From Thermoanaerobaculia bacterium (lineage in GTDB: Bacteria > Acidobacteriota > Thermoanaerobaculia > Multivoradales > UBA5704), in NCBI GenBank assembly GCA_035544875.1, contig DASZZP010000083.1:384219-448218 (forward strand): 64,000 bases of DNA, given 5' to 3'. A program made the translations under genes and the position numbers. Within the stretch, counting starts at the first letter, position 1. Each line of letters starts with the position of its first letter. Positions 58,766 to 64,000 of this stretch are shown here, piece by piece. Below the pieces are notes generated by a model. The model did no database searches, had not been told where the DNA came from, and worked only from the letters and a program-made list of their open reading frames with translations.

Positions 58766-60799
58766 TCACATCCTTTCCGGCCAGGAGATGCCCAGCAGCT
58801 CGCCCAGGCTCTCCAGGCCGCGGCGGAAGACTTGCATCGTGGCCAGCCGCGCGGCGCGAACGCGCGGGTCCTTCTCTTGCAGGATCGGGTGGCGGTGATA
58901 GAAGGCATTGAACCGCTGCGCGATCTCGAGCGCATGGCGCGCGACCAGCGACAGCTCGAGCGACTCGGTGGCTTTCTCCACCAGCTCGCCAATCTGGGCC
59001 ACCGCCAGGATCAGGTCCCAAGAGTCGTCGCCGAAGCGCTCGTGCTCCAGGGCCTCGATCTCGGCCGGGCCGACACTAGGCGCCAACCCCTCTTCCGCCA
59101 GGCGGCGGCCGATGTTCTTGGCCCGCACCAGCGAGTACTGCAGATAGGGTCCGGACTCGCCCTCGAAGTTGAGCGCCTCGTCGAAATCGAAGGCGATGAT
59201 CCGGTGGGTGGTGGCCTTGACCATGAAGAAGCGGAGAGCCGCCGCCGCGATCTCGTGGGCCAGCGCCTCGAGCTCTCCGTCCGGGAGCGCGCGGTTGCGT
59301 CTGGCGACCTCCTCGCGGCTCTTGGCCTCGAGCTGGTCCAGGAGGTCGTCCGCCTTGACGCCGATCCCCTTGCGGCCTGACATTTCGAGAGTCTTGGCCG
59401 GCCGGCCGCCGGCGCCACCAGGCAGATCGCCCGCGCTCTCGCTGTCCGCGGCGGCGCCGTCGCTGTCGTCGCTGTTGGCGCTGTCTGCGTTGTCTGCGTC
59501 GGGGGCGGGCAGGTAGCCGAGCAGCCGGGCGGTCGCCGGCGAGAGCGCGACCATCTCGTAGGCGAAGTGGATGGAGCGCTCCGCCTCGGCCGTGTGGCCG
59601 AGCGCTTCGAGGCCGGCGCGCACGATCTTCTGCAGGTAGCTCTGGCGGGCGTCGATGACGTTGATCACCCGATGGGCGCCGCCAAACCGCGGGTGCTCGC
59701 CGGCGCCGTTCTGACAGGTCTCCCAGACCTTCTCCTGCGGCCAGAAGCAATAGCCGAAGTCACGCCCCAGCAGGCCGAACTTCCAGAGCTGGTAAGCGAT
59801 GTCCTTGCCGACGTAGGTGACCGTGCCATCCGAGCGGACGATCACCTTGTCAGGGTCCTCGAGACCCGCGAACTCCTCGCTGCGGGAGAGCGGCATGACC
59901 CAGCAGCCGGCGTTCTTGCCCTCCTTCTCGAGGTGAATGGCGCCGCTCTCTTTTAGCCGCGCGAAGGCGCTGGCGAAGAAGTCCAGGTGCAGGATGTCGC
60001 ACTCGTGGGTCAGCAGGTCGTAGGCGATGCCGAGGCGGCGCATCGTCGCCAGGTGCCGCGCCACCACCCGGCGGGCGACCACCCGGCCCATCTCGGCGCG
60101 CTCGCCGCGCCCGGTCTCGAGCTGGTGCAGGGTCTCGCGGCGGAGCCGCTGGCGCTCCGGATCGTCCTGGTACCAGCGCCCGACCTGGCTGTAGAGGTCC
60201 CAGCACAGAAAATCGAACGGCTCCGGGCTCGCCTCCACCTCGGCCAGGGTCGCCCCGCGCAGGTCGATGAAGCCGACCACCACGTCGGCGAGCTGCACGC
60301 CGGTGTCGTCGATGTAGTTCTGCACCTCGACCGCCAGGCCCAGGCTGCGGGCGCAGCGCGCCAGGACGTCGCCGAGCACCGCGTTGCGCAGGTGGCCGAT
60401 GTGCGCCGCCTTGTTGGGGTTGATGTTGGTGTGCTCGATGACCAGCTTGCCGGGGCGCGCGGGGCGGGTCTCCCCCCCAGCCGGTGCCGCGAGCAGGGCC
60501 GCGGCCAGGGCCCGCCGGTCGAGAAACAGGTTGAGGTAGCCGGCCCCCTGCACCTCGACCGCGCGCACCGCCGCCGGCAGCTCCCGCCGCAGGGCGTCGC
60601 GTAGCTCGTCCGCAATGGCCCGCGGGCTGCGTCGCAGCAGGCGGGCGAGCTGCATGGCGGCGGGCGACGCGAGATCTCCCAGCTCGCGGCGCGGCGGCAC
60701 TTCGAGCACCGGCCGGTGCTCGATCCCGAAGCGCACGCCGATCAGCCTCGCGATCTCGCCGGCGAGCCCATTCTTGAGCCGCGTCCAATCGGTCGACAT
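58766..60799 (-). CDS. argS: arginine--tRNA ligase
   Basis: HIGH motif PNKAAHIGHLRN, class-I Rossmann core, anticodon-binding DALR-like C-terminus. Contains an acidic ~45-aa low-complexity insertion (DSANSDDSDGAAADSESAGDLPGGAGGRPA). Confidence 0.9.
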   Translation of the reverse strand: MSTDWTRLKNGLAGEIARLIGVRFGIEHRPVLEVPPRRELGDLASPAAMQLARLLRRSPRAIADELRDALRRELPAAVRAVEVQGAGYLNLFLDRRALAAALLAAPAGGETRPARPGKLVIEHTNINPNKAAHIGHLRNAVLGDVLARCARSLGLAVEVQNYIDDTGVQLADVVVGFIDLRGATLAEVEASPEPFDFLCWDLYSQVGRWYQDDPERQRLRRETLHQLETGRGERAEMGRVVARRVVARHLATMRRLGIAYDLLTHECDILHLDFFASAFARLKESGAIHLEKEGKNAGCWVMPLSRSEEFAGLEDPDKVIVRSDGTVTYVGKDIAYQLWKFGLLGRDFGYCFWPQEKVWETCQNGAGEHPRFGGAHRVINVIDARQSYLQKIVRAGLEALGHTAEAERSIHFAYEMVALSPATARLLGYLPAPDADNADSANSDDSDGAAADSESAGDLPGGAGGRPAKTLEMSGRKGIGVKADDLLDQLEAKSREEVARRNRALPDGELEALAHEIAAAALRFFMVKATTHRIIAFDFDEALNFEGESGPYLQYSLVRAKNIGRRLAEEGLAPSVGPAEIEALEHERFGDDSWDLILAVAQIGELVEKATESLELSLVARHALEIAQRFNAFYHRHPILQEKDPRVRAARLATMQVFRRGLESLGELLGISWPERM

Positions 60800-60915
60800 G
60801 GCGGCGAGGAGTCTACACGAGCCCGGCCGGGCTGGCGGTCTCGGCTGGCTCTGGCCGCGGCGCGAGAAAAGCTGCCCGGGGCTTGCTAAAATCGGGCCGG
60901 GAGCAGTGGGATGAG

Positions 60916-61488
60916 ATGACCGAGAACAAGCTGACCGAGAAGCCGCTGTCCGACAACCGGATAACCTTGACGCTCGACAGCACCCAGCTGGAGCTGGTCG
61001 AAGGTGACATCACCAGCCTGGAGGTGGATGCCATCGTCAACCCGGCCAACGAGCGCCTGGAGCTCGGCGCTGGGGTGGCCGGGGCGATTCGCGAGCGCGG
61101 GGGGCCGTCGATCCAGGAGGAGTGCCGGCGGATCGGACGCACCCCGGTCGGCACCGCGGTGATGACCGGGGCAGGCAACCTTCCCGCCCGCCAGGTCATC
61201 CACGCGGTGGGACCCCGTTTCGGCGAGGGAGACGAGGACAAGAAGCTCGCCTCGGCGGTGCGCGCCGCGCTCGCGCTGGCCGACCGGCGCGGACTCAAGT
61301 CGATCGCCATCCCGGCCATCTCGACCGGCGTCTACGGCTTCCCCATCGACCGCGCCGCCCGCGTCATGCTGACCGAGATCCACCGTTACCTGCAGGGCGG
61401 CACCAAGCTCGACCGGGTGGTCATCTGCCTGCGCGGCGAAGAAGCCTTCTCGACCTTCCGCCGCGAGCTGCGCCGCGGCTTCCGCTAG
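60916..61488 (+). CDS. macro-domain protein (O-acetyl-ADP-ribose deacetylase, YmdB/MacroD-like)
   Basis: LVEGDITSLEVDAIVNPAN...GAGVAGAI...HAVGP...IAIPAISTGVYGFP. In-frame ATGs at 60916; alternative TTG 60883. Confidence 0.8.
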   Translation: MTENKLTEKPLSDNRITLTLDSTQLELVEGDITSLEVDAIVNPANERLELGAGVAGAIRERGGPSIQEECRRIGRTPVGTAVMTGAGNLPARQVIHAVGPRFGEGDEDKKLASAVRAALALADRRGLKSIAIPAISTGVYGFPIDRAARVMLTEIHRYLQGGTKLDRVVICLRGEEAFSTFRRELRRGFR

Positions 61489-61788
61489 CGTCCGGCGCCG
61501 GCCGGCGGCTGGCGCTTGAGCCGCTGGTGACCGGAGCTCCGCGTCATCTATAGGTGTTCAACGAGAATCTCAAGCGCTTGGCGCTCACACCGAGCTGGCA
61601 CGCGCCGAATCATCAGCACGTTTCGTACTATGAAGGCAACCCGTTTCTCAGCCCAGATGCCACCGAGTTGATCTTGTTTTGCCAGGGGCCTTGACCTCCC
61701 CTTTCACGGGAGACCGTAACGCATCTCAGGCCGGCGGGCGCCGGCTATCCTCTAATACCCGACTACCGCTCTGGCAACTCGGTCGCTG

Positions 61789-63033
61789 CTAAGCGCCGTA
61801 TTTGGCGAGGCGGCCGGCATTGGCGAGCAGGAGGCCCATCAGCTGGAACGCGGGGAAGGTGCCGAGCTCGCCGCGCGCCGCCGCCCGCTCGCTGAATTCG
61901 GTGCTGCCGTCGATCGAGCAGTGGGCGGAGTGCAGCAGCAACGGCACCGGATGCCAACCGTGAGCCTTGAGCGGCACCGGCGTCGCGTGGTCGCCGGTGA
62001 TCGCGAGCACCGCCGGACGCAGGGCGAGCAGCTGCGGCAGCTCCGCGTCGACTTCCTCGATCACCCGCACCTTGGCGGCGAAGTTGCCGTCCTCGCCGGC
62101 CGCGTCGGTCGCCTTGACGTGAACGAAGAAATAGTCGAAGCGCTCCCAGGCGCCGCGCACCACCGGCAGCGCCTCGGCGAGCTTCTTGCCGCACCTCACG
62201 ACCTCCATCCCGCATGCGGCAGCGGCGCCGAGGTACAGCGGATAGCCGGCGAAAGCGCCGCAGCGCAGGTGATAGAGCTCCCGCATCGGCGGCAGGTGCG
62301 GCAGCAGCGAGAATCCGCGCAGCAGGGCGCGGTTGGCGCGCGGCTCGCCGGCCAGGGTCTTCTCGATCGTGCGCAGCGCCCGGCGCACCGCGGCGGCGGT
62401 CTTCTCCGCCTCCTGGGTGCGGGCCTTGACCGGCAGCGGCGGCACGCCCAGCAGCTGCGGATCGGTGTCCTCGATCTCGGGCGAGAGACCCGGGCCGCGC
62501 AGCACCATCACGAAGCGGTGTCCTTCGCCCGGCTCGACCTCGACCTCGATGTCTGCCGCGGCGGTCGCCGGACGCTCGGCCGCCAGCGCCGCCTGGATGG
62601 CGGCGCACAGCCGGTGGCACTCGGCGGTCGGAATGCGCCCCGCCCGCCGGTCGGTCAGGTTGCCGGCGGCATCGGCGGTCGCGAAGTTGCCGCGCGCCGC
62701 GACGTCTCCCGGCGCGATGCGGATGCCCTCGCCGAGCGCCTCGAGGACGCCCCTGCCGATATCGGCCTCCGGCCTGGTGGGGTCGTGGCCGAAGAGGGCG
62801 AGATGACCCGGTCCGCTGCCCGGGGTCACGCCGGGCGCGACCGGCACCAGGCGCCCGAGCGCCGAGCGCCGGGCGAGGGCGTCGAGGTTGGGGAGCGCCG
62901 CACGCTCGAGCGGAGTGGCGGGCTGGTCGGCCGTCCGGATGTCGCCCAGCCCGTCGAGGACCAGCAGCACGATCTTGCCCTCGCCCTCGGGCAGCGGCCG
63001 CGCCAGGCGGCCGAGCAGCTCGAGATGGTTCAT
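61789..63033 (-). CDS. apgM: 2,3-bisphosphoglycerate-independent phosphoglycerate mutase, archaeal/ApgM type
   Basis: Full-length similarity to cofactor-independent PGM of the ApgM family (KIVLLVLDGLGD, metal-binding Asp/His residues, C-terminal ...ITGDHATP...). Confidence 0.85.
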   Translation of the reverse strand: MNHLELLGRLARPLPEGEGKIVLLVLDGLGDIRTADQPATPLERAALPNLDALARRSALGRLVPVAPGVTPGSGPGHLALFGHDPTRPEADIGRGVLEALGEGIRIAPGDVAARGNFATADAAGNLTDRRAGRIPTAECHRLCAAIQAALAAERPATAAADIEVEVEPGEGHRFVMVLRGPGLSPEIEDTDPQLLGVPPLPVKARTQEAEKTAAAVRRALRTIEKTLAGEPRANRALLRGFSLLPHLPPMRELYHLRCGAFAGYPLYLGAAAACGMEVVRCGKKLAEALPVVRGAWERFDYFFVHVKATDAAGEDGNFAAKVRVIEEVDAELPQLLALRPAVLAITGDHATPVPLKAHGWHPVPLLLHSAHCSIDGSTEFSERAAARGELGTFPAFQLMGLLLANAGRLAKYGA

Positions 63034-63060
63034 GGCGCGGGGTCTCCGCAGCAGGCCGGA

Positions 63061-63489
63061 TCAGGCCACGAAATAGGCGCTGGCGCGGATCTGCAGGCGG
63101 GCTCGCGGCTCGAAGCCGCTGCCGACCAGGACGAAGGCGGTCGAGCCGCCCAGGATCGGCAGCACGATCCAGCCGTCGAAGCTCTCGCCGCCGGCGTAAG
63201 GGGGCACCACCGGTTCGATCTCGGCGATCTTCGTCCAGTGGTCTTCCTCCGGATCGAACGAGGCGCGCAACTCGACGTAGGCGCGGTCGAGATCGATCGT
63301 GCGCTGCCCCGAAGGGTGCCAGATCGAGAAGACGAAGCGCACCTCGTCGTAGGTCCCGGTGGCCAGGAATGCCTTGCCGGCCACCACCAGCGGATAGCTG
63401 AACGCGCCCGCGGTATCGGTGGCGAAGATCTCGGGAGTCGAATCGAAGGCCACCTGCCGGGCGGGCGTGGGCGGTGTCGGGGAGTTCAC
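63061..63489 (-). CDS. hypothetical protein (142 aa)
   Basis: GTG start overlapping the eda stop (GTGA). Ordinary composition. No family recognised. Confidence 0.45.
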   Translation of the reverse strand: MNSPTPPTPARQVAFDSTPEIFATDTAGAFSYPLVVAGKAFLATGTYDEVRFVFSIWHPSGQRTIDLDRAYVELRASFDPEEDHWTKIAEIEPVVPPYAGGESFDGWIVLPILGGSTAFVLVGSGFEPRARLQIRASAYFVA

Positions 63490-64000
63490 CGCGCCTCCTC
63501 GCTTTTGGAGCCAAGGTCGCCAGGGTCGCCAAGGGAGCCAGGGTTGCCAAGGTCGCCATGGGAGCCAGGGCCATGGGAGCCAGGGAAGCCAAGAGCGCTG
63601 GCGACGGCAGGGGCAGCGGCGGCGGCAACGGTGTGAGCGGCCTCGGGATTGCCGGTCGCCAGCGCGACGGCGTGCGCGATGCGGCGCCGGCTCTCCGCGC
63701 CGCCGCCTTCCCGCGCTCCGCCGAGAAGCAGTGAATACGCCAGCCCGAACGCCACCGCGCCCGCCTGGCGGTAGGCCGGGATCTCCTCGACGCCGAAGCC
63801 GCCGGCGGCCAGCATCGGGACGTCGCCGAGCGGTCCCCGAATGGTCGCCAGGTAGGCCGGGCCCGAGACCGGCGGCAGCGGGTAGACCTTGACCAGGTCT
63901 GCACCCATCTCCCGCGCCGCCACGATCTCGGATGGGGTGAGGGCACCCATGATCAGGAAGATCTCCGCCCGCCGGGCCTCTCGCGCCACCTCGGGCTCGA
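63486..64000 (-). CDS. eda: KDPG/KHG aldolase (Eda), 3' part; gene continues beyond window end; unusual Gly-X-Y-like C-terminal tail
   Basis: EIFLIMGALTPSEIVAAREMGADLVKVYP...AGGF matches the Eda family. N-terminal ~100 aa must lie beyond 64000. Last ~35 aa (GFPGSHGPGSHGDLGNPGSLGDPGDLGS) are encoded by short DNA tandem repeats at 63495-63600. Confidence 0.65.
   Translation of the reverse strand, partial: EPEVAREARRAEIFLIMGALTPSEIVAAREMGADLVKVYPLPPVSGPAYLATIRGPLGDVPMLAAGGFGVEEIPAYRQAGAVAFGLAYSLLLGGAREGGGAESRRRIAHAVALATGNPEAAHTVAAAAAPAVASALGFPGSHGPGSHGDLGNPGSLGDPGDLGSKSEEAR

Overview
High-GC (~70%) bacterial chromosomal window with a Gram-negative-type envelope, mostly tightly packed housekeeping and transport genes on both strands. 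The organism is probably from a high-GC diderm lineage such as Acidobacteriota, Myxococcota or Gemmatimonadota; this cannot be settled from sequence alone. The ORF track includes TTG/GTG/CTG starts, and many long antisense ORFs are GC-driven artefacts.

Recognisable genes:
- Central metabolism and translation: sucA, eno followed by ftsB, archaeal-type apgM, argS, speA and a partial eda.
- A selenocysteine-containing selD with an in-frame TGA and a downstream hairpin.
- cspA with a long 5' leader, and a tRNA-fMet with its own terminator.
- Transport: an Fe(III)/thiamine-type ABC importer (SBP, ATPase, permease), an MFS transporter, an aquaporin, and two ABC-2 exporter pairs sitting behind an ECF sigma/zinc-anti-sigma pair.
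- A ttrBCA/srdBCA-ordered molybdoenzyme locus with fused FeS-NrfD subunit, catalytic subunit and TorD-like chaperone.
- Low-GC islets carrying a VapBC toxin-antitoxin pair, an orphan XRE/HigA-like regulator, a DJ-1/PfpI protein and an O-methyltransferase.

Most unusual observations:
(i) The 5' end (285-6246) encodes a signal-peptide protein, a Tat-signal collagen-like (Gly-X-Y) protein, an IPTL-CTERM-sorted surface protein and a 1166-aa four-module glycosyltransferase (GT2-TPR-GT2-GT10-like-GT25-like). I propose this as a candidate, undescribed surface-protein glycosylation/sorting locus.
(ii) A ~130-160-bp GC-rich hairpin-containing intergenic repeat (MITE/REP-like) occurs four times (about 9040, 29670, 35391, 47940).
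(iii) A 572-aa membrane protein carries a duplicated zinc-ribbon-plus-GxFDW module.
(iv) Several in-frame short tandem duplications lie inside genes.

No CRISPR array, rRNA or transposase was seen.
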